A stretch of 64,000 nt of DNA from contig CBDBZU010000004.1 of assembly GCA_965213625.1 (NCBI GenBank), positions 2,656,001 to 2,720,000 on the forward strand, read 5' to 3'. How positions within the stretch are numbered: position 1 is the first letter of the stretch; the number at the start of each line of letters is the position of its first letter. Below are positions 1 to 9,770 of this stretch, in pieces. Made by a program: the position numbers and the translations under genes. The stretch is from a bacterium. Lineage in GTDB: Bacteria > UBA8248. The notes under the pieces are model-generated. The model made no database searches. It was given only the letters and a program-made list of their open reading frames with translations, and was not told the DNA's origin.

Positions 1-5
1 CCCCT

Positions 6-1097
6 ATGTCAGAAGCAACCGAAGCCCAGATTCTAGAGGCTCTGAAGAAGGTGCGAGACCCCGAAGTCGGAAAAGATCTCGTGAGCCTCAATATGATCAA
101 GGAAGTTCAGATTTGTGGAGATGCAGTCGCCTTCACATTGCAGCTCACCACCCCGGCGCATCCGCGCAAAGAAGAATTCGAACAGGAGTGCAAGTTGGCC
201 GTGGGCTCATTGAAAAACGTGAATTCGGTGAACGTGCGGGTGACGAGCCACGTCACCGCGCGGCCATCGATGGCGGGCAAGATGGACGTCGAGGGCGTGA
301 AGAACATCGTCGCCATAGCGAGCGGGAAGGGCGGCGTGGGCAAATCGACCGTGGCGGTGAACATGGCGCTGGCGCTCAGTACGGAAGGCGCGAAGGTGGG
401 TATATTGGACGCCGATATTTACGGGCCGAGCCAGCCTCTGATGCTCGGGATCCCCACTGCGCGGCCCATCGCAGAGGATGGGAACAAGATACGGCCCCTG
501 GAGGCGCATGGGCTTAAGGTCATGTCGATGGGATTTCTGGTCGATGAGGACAGCCCCGTTATCTGGCGCGGCCCCATGGTCATGCGCGCTCTCGTGCAGT
601 TTCTGAGCGAGACGATTTGGGGGGAGCTCGACTATCTTATCCTGGACCTGCCTCCCGGCACCGGCGACGCGCAACTGACCATCGTTCAGCAGGTGTCCCT
701 GGCGGGCGCCGTTATTGTCAGCACGCCTCAGGACATCGCTTTGCTCGATGCGCGCAAGGGTCTTCAGATGTTCAGAAAAACCGACGTTCCCATCCTCGGG
801 ATCATCGAAAACATGAGCTATTACCTGTGTCCCGAGTGCGGCCATCGCGAAAACATCTTCGATACGGGAGGCGGGGAGAAGGCCTCCCAGCGCTATGAAG
901 TCCCGTTTCTGGGCGCCATTCCACTCGACATCAAGGTAAGGCTGGGGGGAGACTTCGGCATGCCCGTCGTAGCGGGGGAGCCGCATCATCCTACGGCCAG
1001 GGCGTTTCGCGAGTCGGCCAGAAAAGTGGCCGAGCAGGTGGCTATAGCCAATGCATCCGGGCCCATTTCGGTGCCTGAACTCAAGATCATCGGGTAG
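6..1097 (+). CDS. apbC: Mrp/NBP35 (ApbC) Fe-S cluster carrier ATPase
   Basis: N-terminal FeS_assembly_P-like domain (VRDPEVGKDLVSL), deviant Walker A GKGGVGKST, WRGPM, DLPPGTGD, and CPEC in the C-terminal half. Confidence 0.93.
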   Translation: MSEATEAQILEALKKVRDPEVGKDLVSLNMIKEVQICGDAVAFTLQLTTPAHPRKEEFEQECKLAVGSLKNVNSVNVRVTSHVTARPSMAGKMDVEGVKNIVAIASGKGGVGKSTVAVNMALALSTEGAKVGILDADIYGPSQPLMLGIPTARPIAEDGNKIRPLEAHGLKVMSMGFLVDEDSPVIWRGPMVMRALVQFLSETIWGELDYLILDLPPGTGDAQLTIVQQVSLAGAVIVSTPQDIALLDARKGLQMFRKTDVPILGIIENMSYYLCPECGHRENIFDTGGGEKASQRYEVPFLGAIPLDIKVRLGGDFGMPVVAGEPHHPTARAFRESARKVAEQVAIANASGPISVPELKIIG

Positions 1098-1253
1098 AAG
1101 AGTTAGTAATTGGGTCGTCCCCATGCGGGAAACCTCGGTCCGCAATTCCGGCGAGGATCTGTGAATTATCTTTGAGCCCATCGGCCGCTTTGTTCTGTAA
1201 CATCGCTTTTCATCCGCGAGGCGAGCGGCCGATTTTCATCTGAGGATTTAATC

Positions 1254-2201
1254 ATGGCGAAAGTTGTGTTGGTAGATCCGCTTTATTCGACGCCTGCGTG
1301 GAACGTGGCTCCCGACTGGCTGGGCGCGGAGCACGAAATCGTAGCGCCGGCAGAATATACCCCGGAGGCCATAAATCCGCTGCTGCCTGAAGTGGAGGGC
1401 ATTCTGACGGTATTTCGGCCCGTCTCGCCCGAGATGATGGACATGGCGCCGAATCTCAAAGTGGTGGCAAAACCGGGTGCGGGCGTGGACAACATCGACG
1501 TCGATGCGGCCAACGAGCGCGGCGTCATGGTCTGCAACGTCGAGGGCGTACGTGGTCGCTCCGTGGCGGAGCACGCTTTTTTCCTGGCGCTCTATGTCGC
1601 ACGACATGCCTGGATGCAGGATCAGCAGGAAACCTGGGAGCACATGCCCGCTGTGCAACTGGGCGGCAAATCGCTCGGCATCGTGGGTCTTGGCGACATC
1701 GGCAGGAGGGCGGCGCGCATCGGCCATGGTTTCGGGATGGAGTTGCTCATCAACACGCGGACGGAAGACCCCGCCTACGTGCCCGAGGCGAAGCTTGAGT
1801 TCATGTCTTTCGATGCCCTCTTGCCGCGCGCCGATTTCCTGATTCTGTGCATGCCCCTGGCTCCGGAGATGCGGGGCATCATGAACAAGGATAATTTCCT
1901 GAAAATGAAGCCCGACGCCATTTTCATCAACGTTTCCAGGGGGCCCGCCGTCGTGAGCGACGACCTTCTGGAGGTGATGCGCGGCGGCCACCTCGCAGGC
2001 GCGGGGCTCGACGTCACCGATCCTGAGCCTCTGCCCAAGGATCATGGCCTGTGGGGGCTTGAGAACGTGATTATCAGCCCGCACCACGCTTCGCGGACGC
2101 CCGAGACGCAGGTCGCCGCCATGGAGCGCACGGCGGAGAACATGCGTCTGGCCCTGGCCGGCCAAAAACCCACGAACATCGTGAATCCAGGGGTCATCTA
2201 A
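1254..2201 (+). CDS. D-isomer specific 2-hydroxyacid dehydrogenase
   Basis: GAGVDNID, NAD-binding GLGDIG, INVSRG, GLDVTDPEP, ISPH. Confidence 0.9.
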   Translation: MAKVVLVDPLYSTPAWNVAPDWLGAEHEIVAPAEYTPEAINPLLPEVEGILTVFRPVSPEMMDMAPNLKVVAKPGAGVDNIDVDAANERGVMVCNVEGVRGRSVAEHAFFLALYVARHAWMQDQQETWEHMPAVQLGGKSLGIVGLGDIGRRAARIGHGFGMELLINTRTEDPAYVPEAKLEFMSFDALLPRADFLILCMPLAPEMRGIMNKDNFLKMKPDAIFINVSRGPAVVSDDLLEVMRGGHLAGAGLDVTDPEPLPKDHGLWGLENVIISPHHASRTPETQVAAMERTAENMRLALAGQKPTNIVNPGVI

Positions 2202-2256
2202 TCGATTTCCCCTTGCGCCGGACAGGTCGATGGGGGCTGGCCGGGTCGGAGTGTGA

Positions 2257-3114
2257 ATGCCGTTCGAACTGGTCGCCCTGAGCCCGGCTGTCTTCTTCGC
2301 CCTCTCAAGCATCATGACCAAGCGAGGGCTGGACGGCAGCACGCCCCACACGGGAAGCCTGGTCGTTCTCATCATGCAGGTTGTCTTCTTCTCCTCCTGC
2401 CTGGTGGTGGTGGATTTCTCCCGCATATCGCTCTCGGTCCATTGGCTCGCCTTTCTGGCGGCGGGGATTTCCTCGCCTGCGCTGTCCCTGATGTTCCTGT
2501 TTCGCTCGATTCAGAGAATCGGCGTCGCCTCCACGAGTCCCATCTCGAATACCCACCCGATTTTCGGGGCGTTCTGGGCCTTTCTGGTGCTCGGAGAACG
2601 CCCGCCCGCCGTCGTGTGGGCGGGAATCCTCGTCGTCGTGGCTGGTGTCTACATTATGTCGAGCGGAGGAGGACCGCTCGCCAGAGGCCGGGTACTGTTG
2701 TTGCCGTTTACCGCGGCGGCTTTTATGGGGCTCGCCCATACGTTCAGGAAAATGGGGCTGGGAGGGATGGAATCCCTTGTTTTTGGGGGGTTTCTGCAAT
2801 CCGTCTCGGCATGCGCCCTGGGCCCGCTGATCCTGAAAGTGAGCACCGGGTGGCGTCCGTTCGTATTCAACAGGTCCTCGCTCACGAATTTCATCCTGGC
2901 GGGACTTGCGATGGCCGCCGCCCAGTTGTGCCTGATGGCCGCCCTGAGCTTAGGAGAAGTATCGCGCGTCACGCCCCTGGTGGCGACGGTGCCGCTCTTC
3001 ATGCTCGTGCTGGCGCCCCTGTTACTGGGGAAGCGCGAGAAAATCACCCTGCGCATCGTCCTGGGCGTGCTCATCACGGTGGCGGGGGTGATTCTGGTGA
3101 CGGCGCTGCGCTAG
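2257..3114 (+). CDS. DMT/EamA family transporter
   Basis: About 10 hydrophobic helices in two EamA-like repeats (LVLGER, LLGKRE). Confidence 0.85.
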   Translation: MPFELVALSPAVFFALSSIMTKRGLDGSTPHTGSLVVLIMQVVFFSSCLVVVDFSRISLSVHWLAFLAAGISSPALSLMFLFRSIQRIGVASTSPISNTHPIFGAFWAFLVLGERPPAVVWAGILVVVAGVYIMSSGGGPLARGRVLLLPFTAAAFMGLAHTFRKMGLGGMESLVFGGFLQSVSACALGPLILKVSTGWRPFVFNRSSLTNFILAGLAMAAAQLCLMAALSLGEVSRVTPLVATVPLFMLVLAPLLLGKREKITLRIVLGVLITVAGVILVTALR

Positions 3115-3278
3115 CCCGCAATTCCGCGCAATTGCCGTCATGGCGGAACGCGCGGCCCATGGCAGAATTCCCCTGCGCCCGGATTCCGCGGCGTCATTTC
3201 CCAATAAAATCAATTGCCGGGTATTTACCGATAAACCCCGTGAATTTATCGATATTTATCGAATTTTTCAGATATAAA

Positions 3279-3326
3279 ACCCGACCGATGAGCGAGGGTT
3301 TGACCCGACCGATGAGCGAGGGTTTG
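3279..3326. repeat. Perfect 24-bp tandem duplication (ACCCGACCGATGAGCGAGGGTTTG x2)
   Basis: Read directly: 3279-3302 and 3303-3326 are identical. Confidence 0.9.
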
Positions 3327-3634
3327 CGGATACCGGACAATCCGATTGGCTTCCCCATCATACCCGCTCTCACTCCCGCGCCCGCCGCCGCAGATGCGGA
3401 CAAATGCGCGTCCCGGCCTCGTGGATACCGAAACCGGACACCCCACCGAATAGAAACCGCGTTACGCGCAAACCTTTCAGGATACTTCCGTCCGCTCCCC
3501 TCACGCCACGGCAAATGCGGGCTATTGCGCGTGGGCTTCGAGCGAAGAGGTCGAACTCGAGCGGGGAGGGGGTACGTCGTGACAGGCCCCCGCGTCTGTC
3601 CGAAGTCGCTACAAGAGGCGGTGCGGTCTTGTTT

Positions 3635-3660
3635 GTCACTCCGGCGAGAGCCGGAATGAC
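3635..3660. repeat. REP-like palindrome GTCACTCCGGC-GAGA-GCCGGAATGAC
   Basis: Near-perfect 11-bp stem with 4-nt loop in intergenic DNA. Confidence 0.55.
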
Positions 3661-3953
3661 GGTGTTGTGGTTCGGCCTCGACGGATGCGAAGTGGAATCG
3701 CAGGCAGTCCCGGGCATCGATTCAGACCAAGGTGGAGAAATCCGCGCGCCTCATCCCGCGTCGTCTGGGCGGCGTTGATCCCGAAGGCCATTTATGAAAC
3801 CTTGGAATCTCCCGAGGGATTCATGGAGTCCTGGTTTCAAGTCCGGCGAAGGCCGGTTGACGAGGAGAGGTAAGAGACGCCGCGATGCATGCGGCTTGAT
3901 ATCTTGATTCATTTGCCGCCGGGCGGGCGGCCCCATTTGCGAAAGGAGTGGAC

Positions 3954-4247
3954 ATGGGCGCATACGTGGTCGGACACATCACCGTCAAGGACGAAGAGGG
4001 ATTCAACAATTACGCCGAGCAGGGCCTCGCTATCGTCGCCTCCGTCGGGGGCGAGGTGGCGGCGAGCGGACAGCTCGTTAAGGTGCTCACCGGCGAGCAC
4101 GACAGGCAGATGTTCGTTCTCCTGAAATTCCCCGACCAGGAGGCGGTGGAGAAATGGTATTATTCGGACGGCTACCAGGCCCTGATTCCCGGCCGCAACG
4201 AGGCGGTGGACATCACCTTCATCTCCTACGACGAGCCGGAGGAGTAG
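3954..4247 (+). CDS. DUF1330 domain protein
   Basis: AAGGAG then ATG 3954; AYVVGHITVKD, LKFPD..A..WY.S..YQALI pattern. Confidence 0.85.
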   Translation: MGAYVVGHITVKDEEGFNNYAEQGLAIVASVGGEVAASGQLVKVLTGEHDRQMFVLLKFPDQEAVEKWYYSDGYQALIPGRNEAVDITFISYDEPEE

Positions 4248-4382
4248 GCGTTTGAGGAGGGGGGAGCGGGGAAGTACCTTCTAAAGATGATCTGCTGACA
4301 TTTACGATATTGATGCGCTAATGCCAAAGCATAGCAAGTGTTATACTACAGAATGGACTCGTGTTTTGTTCGGAGGGCGCAA

Positions 4383-5441
4383 GTGGCTGATGTAGTGAAG
4401 CAGAGTTTTCCCGGTGGTTCTCGAAAGAGAGTTAATAGAGCTGGAGAACAAGTTCGGAGAGGTGCCCCGGCATCTGAAGATCTTGAGGTAATTGAGACAT
4501 GGAGAACTGCTCACCGCCCAGTGATTAACTCATTCAACTCTCTTCTTCGGATGCTGATTAGTCGTACAGGTAAAACTGGAATCGTTGTGGCTCAAAGGCA
4601 CAAACGGGCACGTACTATCATCGATAAGCTAAAGAGATTCCCTAAAATGCAATTGAGCCGCATGGATGATGTGGCGGGGTGTCGCTTGATATTTGAAAAT
4701 ATCGAGGAACTAGAAGAATTTCGTGAGAGTATTCACAAAGCGAAATTTAATCATAAGAGAAAGAATGACAGTGACAAATACGATTATATAGAAAATCCAA
4801 AATTGAGTGGATATCGTGGAATTCATGATGTCTACGAGTACAATGTAAGATCGGCAGCCGGTCAAGCTTACAAAGGACTGTTAATTGAATTGCAGTACCG
4901 TACGTTCCCACAACACGCTTGGGCGACATGTGTAGAATTGGTCGGATTTCTTGCTGGCAACCAGCCAAAGTTTGATCGTGGTGATGAGCAATATCGTAAC
5001 ATTCTCAGGTTAGCAAGTGAGATTATTGCTCGTTCAGCGGAAAATCTTAAGTCGAGCTTGCCTGATTTAAGCAACGAAGAAGTAGTCAAGCAATTTTTGG
5101 AATTTGATAACAAGCTGAGATTTATGCACAGGTTACGTGCTCTGAACGCTGAGGAACAATCGCATTCGAACTACAAGAATTTCATTCTAATATTTGAAGA
5201 AGAGGGGGATACTCCACTTGAAATTCTGTCATTTCGATATGCAACGGATGCGTTGAAAAGATTGTTCGAGCTTGAAAGTGAGCAGTCCGGTCGGGATATC
5301 GTTTTGGTGAGGGGTGATACAGCAGAGGACATCCGTGAAGCATTCAAGAACTATTTTTCTGACGCACGCAACTTTGTTGAGTTAATCGAGAAAGGTTGCG
5401 AAGAACTCTCTGTCCAGTTTCTATGGCCAGAGTTCAAATAA
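4383..5441 (+). CDS. RelA/SpoT synthetase-domain protein (small alarmone synthetase-like) with C-terminal extension
   Basis: RHKRARTIIDKL, MDDVAGCR, GYRGIH, IELQYRT, QHAWA; no HD hydrolase domain; GGAGG before GTG 4383; AT-rich. Confidence 0.85.
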   Translation: MADVVKQSFPGGSRKRVNRAGEQVRRGAPASEDLEVIETWRTAHRPVINSFNSLLRMLISRTGKTGIVVAQRHKRARTIIDKLKRFPKMQLSRMDDVAGCRLIFENIEELEEFRESIHKAKFNHKRKNDSDKYDYIENPKLSGYRGIHDVYEYNVRSAAGQAYKGLLIELQYRTFPQHAWATCVELVGFLAGNQPKFDRGDEQYRNILRLASEIIARSAENLKSSLPDLSNEEVVKQFLEFDNKLRFMHRLRALNAEEQSHSNYKNFILIFEEEGDTPLEILSFRYATDALKRLFELESEQSGRDIVLVRGDTAEDIREAFKNYFSDARNFVELIEKGCEELSVQFLWPEFK

Positions 5442-5590
5442 CAGCTACTATTTGCATTCTGAAGTCGAGTTCATACTAATTTTCATGTACATTTGGGATA
5501 TGGCATTAACCGAAGTTTCTGGTGCTATAATACGGATCATAGTGCTATCACGGTGACCGACTTGACTTCTCTAGCGTAGAATCTGAGGAC

Positions 5591-6221
5591 ATGAAACCTC
5601 TCTATCCCGACCTGTGGCAGACCGGCCGAGGAAAAACAGTTCGGCGTCCTCACCGTTCACGCCTATCTGCTCGAACGCCCGGAAGGCAACGTCCTCTTCT
5701 ACAACCCGAGAAGTTCAGGCGATTTCGAGGAGATGAGCGAGCGGGGCGGTGTTGCGCATCACTGCCTGAGCCATTGCCACGAGGTGGACGAGTCGCTCGC
5801 AGATGCGGCCGGGCGATTCGGCTCGAAACTGTGCTGCCACGCGCTCGTCGCGCCCTACCTCCCCGAGACGGTTTCCGCAGACGTGGCTTTCGATTCTCCC
5901 CCGCGCGAGTTTCTCTCAGGCGACATCGAGGTGCTTCATACGCCGTGCCACACGAATAACAGCGTGTGCTACCGCTACCGCTCGCCCCATGGCAAGACGT
6001 ACCTCTTCACGGGCGACGCGATCTATCTGGATGGTGGAGAGTGGAAGACCATCATCGTCGCCGACGACGGAGGCGATGAGGCGGAGATGGCGAGCAGCCT
6101 CGCAACGCTCCGGGAACTGGAAATCGACGTCGTGATCTGCAGCGTCTCCGTTGGCGAGATGCGAATCGTGGAAGTCACGCCAGCGGAGTGGCGAAGGGTT
6201 ATTGACGGGTTGCTTGGGTAG
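5591..6221 (+). pseudogene. MBL-fold metallo-hydrolase with +1 frameshift near 5624
   Basis: MKPLYPDLWQT in one frame continues as AEEKQFGVLTVHAYLLERPEGNVLFYN...SHCHE...HTPCHT...FTGD in the +1 frame. Confidence 0.75.
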
Positions 6222-6267
6222 GAAATGTAAATTTATATAGGAACAATACCAAGGAGGTTGAAACACT

Positions 6268-6738
6268 GTGCAACGCAAATTCAAAGCGCTAATTAGTAAG
6301 CTTGATTCAACTTTTCAAAAACTCAAAAAAATGCCACCCGTGCATCATGGCAACTTGCCGAAAAATATGCCGCTATCAGGTGTTTATCTATTCACTGTAG
6401 GAAAAAAGCACCTTTATGTCGGGCGCTCAAGGAACATCCGAAACCGCTATGGACAGCACCATAGGCCGAGTTCGAGTCACAATAAAGCACCCTTTGCATT
6501 TCTTCTTGCACGAAAAACGACTGGACGAACCCAAGCAAGCTATGATTCAGGGGTTGGTAGTCGGGAGGCTCTAATGCAAGATGAACATTTCAAAAAGGCG
6601 TTTGACGATGCGAAAGCGCGCATAAGAAAAATGGACTTCCGCTACATAGAAGAAAAAGATCCAACCCGGCAGGCGTTGTTAGAAATATACTGCGCCGTTG
6701 TATTAAAGACGCCATATAATAATTTTATGACACATTAG
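6268..6738 (+). CDS. GIY-YIG nuclease family protein
   Basis: GVYLF...LYVGRSRNIRNRYGQH, LLEIY, terminal YN; AGGAGG RBS; AT-rich. Confidence 0.8.
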   Translation: MQRKFKALISKLDSTFQKLKKMPPVHHGNLPKNMPLSGVYLFTVGKKHLYVGRSRNIRNRYGQHHRPSSSHNKAPFAFLLARKTTGRTQASYDSGVGSREALMQDEHFKKAFDDAKARIRKMDFRYIEEKDPTRQALLEIYCAVVLKTPYNNFMTH

Positions 6739-6912
6739 TTTTGTTTAATCAAAATTTGGATAGTGAAGCGTGCTACGTCGGTCAAAACGAGGAACGTGAT
6801 AACGGACTGAAGTGATGCGTTAGCATATTAGGTTCGTGTTCAGAAGCGGCTTCCGCAAACTTAGAAACTCCGCAGTTCAGAGTGATCCCAACATGACTTC
6901 ACAAGCCAGATA

Positions 6913-7581
6913 TTAACTCAATACTATTCTAACCATCCCTACATCTGCATCCACGGCATATCGATATCGATCCCGCTGAACAATAATCCAGGCGCTGGAT
7001 TGCTGAAACGGATCAATTTGTTCTCCCGCTGCTCGCAAAAAAGCTCTGCTCCCTATTTCAGGCCATCCGGTCAAGTTCCCATATCCAAAATTCTCGAATG
7101 TAAATCTTTGTTTATCTTCCAAAACTTCTAATGGTACAATAGTAGATTGGGGTATCAGTTCGCTTTGTGGCCAAAGTTCATGTGCTATATGTCCCTTGGC
7201 GAGTTTCTGGCTCACATTATGAAACCGGGCAAGTTCTGGTAGCCATACTAAGTTGCCTTTATCCTTTGTTTTACATTTCTCGATTCGTTGTTTGAGAGTA
7301 TCTTTTCTTTCAAGGATGCGTTTTACATTAGAGCGTGTGAGATTATCGATTTTAGTGGTGCCGCAAATTACACACTCCAAGAAGCAAGCTACATATTCCT
7401 CATCCAGGGAGAATGATCGATTACAACCCTCGCAAGCAAGCACAGTAGGCAATTGAAGGGGATATGGTTCATCAAGCAAAACCTTTGAAGGAACATGGTC
7501 ACGTGTATTAGATTCGCCCTCGCAATATGCACATACGCTTCCTTTCAAGCGTTCGTCCATGGGCAAGTGGCGTGGGTCCAT
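6913..7581 (-). CDS. HNH endonuclease-like protein, possibly truncated at the C-terminus
   Basis: CAYC...TRDHVPSK...CEGCN Zn/HNH motifs; the frame continues YLACEVMLGSL after the TAA, to TGA at 6877. Confidence 0.75.
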   Translation of the reverse strand: MDPRHLPMDERLKGSVCAYCEGESNTRDHVPSKVLLDEPYPLQLPTVLACEGCNRSFSLDEEYVACFLECVICGTTKIDNLTRSNVKRILERKDTLKQRIEKCKTKDKGNLVWLPELARFHNVSQKLAKGHIAHELWPQSELIPQSTIVPLEVLEDKQRFTFENFGYGNLTGWPEIGSRAFLRAAGEQIDPFQQSSAWIIVQRDRYRYAVDADVGMVRIVLS

Positions 7582-7932
7582 GCTGTTTCCTTTGAAGTTA
7601 ATCTCTCACGCTCACGTAAGTGGTGCCAAGAAAGTTTTGTCTTCTAAAAATAGGATTCGTTTTTAACGCTAGAAACCTAATGGGGGATCTGTGTTCTTGT
7701 CAAAATCCAATCCTATGTTGTTCTGCTAGTCACCCGTCCGGTTATTAGAACTCCCATACCTCCTAAAGACATTTTTCCTGCTGCTCACGCCGTTCTGTTT
7801 TGGAACGAAATTACCCGCATTTGCCGTCACTGGTTTTTCAGGGGGACGGGGTTTGCTCTGAAGGCTGCCCGCCGCCCTCTCATCTTATTAGCGCAGAGGG
7901 CCGCCTTCTCCGGAGACCGGCGGGTCTTCCGC

Positions 7933-8775
7933 TTACCCTTTCACCGCGCCGGCTGTCATGCCGGCGATGATCTGCCGTGCCGAGAAGAAGGTGAAGATCA
8001 GCGGCGGTATGACGATCAGCGTGCCCATGGCCATGATGCGCCCCCACTCGGGGCCCGAGTCCGTCAGGAACAGGCTGGTGGCGACAGGCAGCGTGCGCGT
8101 GGTCCTGTCCGTCAGCAGCAGGGCCAGAATGAACTCGTTCCATGCGATCCGGAACACGAAGATGCCGGTCACCGCGTAACCGGCCTTCATCACCGGGAAG
8201 AGGACGCGGGTGAACACCTGCCAGGGCGTGGCCCCGTCAACGATGGCGGCTTCCTCGAGCTCGATCGGAACCTGCTTCACGAAGCCGTAGAGCAGCCATA
8301 TGGCGAAGGGCAGGTTGAGCGCCGTGTAGAAGAAGATGAGGCCGGAAAGCTGGTTCGCAATCCCCAGCACGATGGAGACCGCGAAGGCCGGTATCGCCAG
8401 CACCGCGGGCGGTATCATGCGGGCCAGGAGCGCCCCGTTTGCGATGGACTGGCGGCCGGGGAACTGCATGCGGGCCAGAGCGTAGGCCGCCATGCCGCCG
8501 GTCGTCAGCGTGATGAGGGTCGCCGAAACACCCACGATGACGGAATTCGCCAGATACCGGTCGAAGTGCGCATCGCCGATGATGTCCACGTAGTTCTGCA
8601 CGGTGGGGTAGAAGAAAAACCACACGGGATTTCCGTCGAAGATCAGCACCTCGTTTTTGAAGGAAGTGCTGATCATGATGTAGATTGGCGTCAGGCATAT
8701 GATCGACAACAGGATCAGCCCCGCGTAGTGGATGGTCATTCTCGATTTCGTCGGTTCGAAACGCATCGCCTTCAC
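7933..8775 (-). CDS. Carbohydrate ABC transporter permease (MalG-like)
   Basis: EAA loop ELEEAAIVDGA, AWNEF, 6 TM segments. Confidence 0.92.
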   Translation of the reverse strand: MKAMRFEPTKSRMTIHYAGLILLSIICLTPIYIMISTSFKNEVLIFDGNPVWFFFYPTVQNYVDIIGDAHFDRYLANSVIVGVSATLITLTTGGMAAYALARMQFPGRQSIANGALLARMIPPAVLAIPAFAVSIVLGIANQLSGLIFFYTALNLPFAIWLLYGFVKQVPIELEEAAIVDGATPWQVFTRVLFPVMKAGYAVTGIFVFRIAWNEFILALLLTDRTTRTLPVATSLFLTDSGPEWGRIMAMGTLIVIPPLIFTFFSARQIIAGMTAGAVKG

Positions 8776-8776
8776 C

Positions 8777-9688
8777 TCACACGTCGGCGCGGGTTTTCAT
8801 GGGGTTGCTGACCAGCAGGATCGCCAGGCTGAGGGCGAAGACGATCAGCAGCAAGAGTACGGAGATGGCCGCCGCATAGCCGAGTTGCTGGGCGTCGAAG
8901 GCGGTCTTGTAGACGTGCAGCGACAGCAGTTCCGTCGCCAGTCCCGGTCCGCCTTCCGTCAGGATCAGCATGACCTCCAGCCCCTTGAAGACGTCGATGA
9001 TCCGGAGCAGGAGGGCGATGATCAGGATCGACTTGATCATCGGCAGCTTCACGAGGAATATCTGCTGCCACGTATTGGCGCCGTCGATGCGCGACGCTTC
9101 GAGCACCTCCGAGGGCAGCGCCTGAAGGCCTGCGATCACGATGATGAAGACGAACGGCGTCCACTGCCAGATGTCCGTGAACACGATGGCGAAAAACGCG
9201 AGATGCGGCTCCCCCAGCCAGATCAGCGGCTCGAAGCCGGCAAGCTCCAGGTAATGGTTGATCCAGCCCGCCCGGGCGTCGTACAGGTAGCGCCATACCA
9301 ACCCGACCACCACGGGCGAGATCATGAGCGGCATGATGAAGATTGTCCGGAAGATGGACGCGCCGCGAATCGGTTTCTCCAGCAACAGGGCCAGTGCGAC
9401 CCCCAGCGTCATCTCGATGGTGATCGTGAAGAAGCCGAACTTGAACGTCACCCACATGGATTCCTGGACGTTCTCGTCGTGGAGCATGCGCAGGTAGTTG
9501 TCTGCGCCGATGAACTCCGCCGTGGACATCGGCGTGCCGATCGACCAGTCCTGCATGCTGAGCAAAAGCCCCTGGACAACCGGATAGATGAGGCCCGCGC
9601 CCATGAGCAGGACGGCGGGCGCGACGAACAGGTACCCGACGATCCACCGCCGCATGCCTGTTGCGACCGGAGGGGATGGGTCGCTCAT
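8777..9688 (-). CDS. Carbohydrate ABC transporter permease (MalF-like)
   Basis: WQWTPF, LEASRIDGA EAA loop. Confidence 0.92.
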   Translation of the reverse strand: MSDPSPPVATGMRRWIVGYLFVAPAVLLMGAGLIYPVVQGLLLSMQDWSIGTPMSTAEFIGADNYLRMLHDENVQESMWVTFKFGFFTITIEMTLGVALALLLEKPIRGASIFRTIFIMPLMISPVVVGLVWRYLYDARAGWINHYLELAGFEPLIWLGEPHLAFFAIVFTDIWQWTPFVFIIVIAGLQALPSEVLEASRIDGANTWQQIFLVKLPMIKSILIIALLLRIIDVFKGLEVMLILTEGGPGLATELLSLHVYKTAFDAQQLGYAAAISVLLLLIVFALSLAILLVSNPMKTRADV

Positions 9689-9725
9689 GGTGTACGTTCC
9701 GGGAACCGGCCGTCCGCAGGCGAAG

Positions 9726-9754
9726 CGCCTCCCCCGGCCGGGCCGGGGGAGGCG
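9726..9754. other. Perfect 14-bp inverted repeat between binding-protein and permease genes (mRNA stabiliser or attenuating hairpin)
   Basis: CGCCTCCCCCGGCC-G-GGCCGGGGGAGGCG. Confidence 0.65.
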
Positions 9755-9770
9755 GGTTCAGGGGTTTCGG

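Noticed and set aside
3279-3326. 24-bp direct repeat as a CRISPR array
   Set aside because: Only two copies, directly adjacent with no spacer, and no cas genes in the window
2253-3659. 468-aa plus-strand ORF
   Set aside because: Alternative frame over the EamA gene, Arg/Gly/Pro-rich with no motifs; a GC-rich shadow ORF
6790-6830. TAAC...GTTA motifs as integron attC sites
   Set aside because: Too short, no proper RYYYAAC/GTTRRRY pair with internal L boxes, not repeated between the other genes, and no integrase
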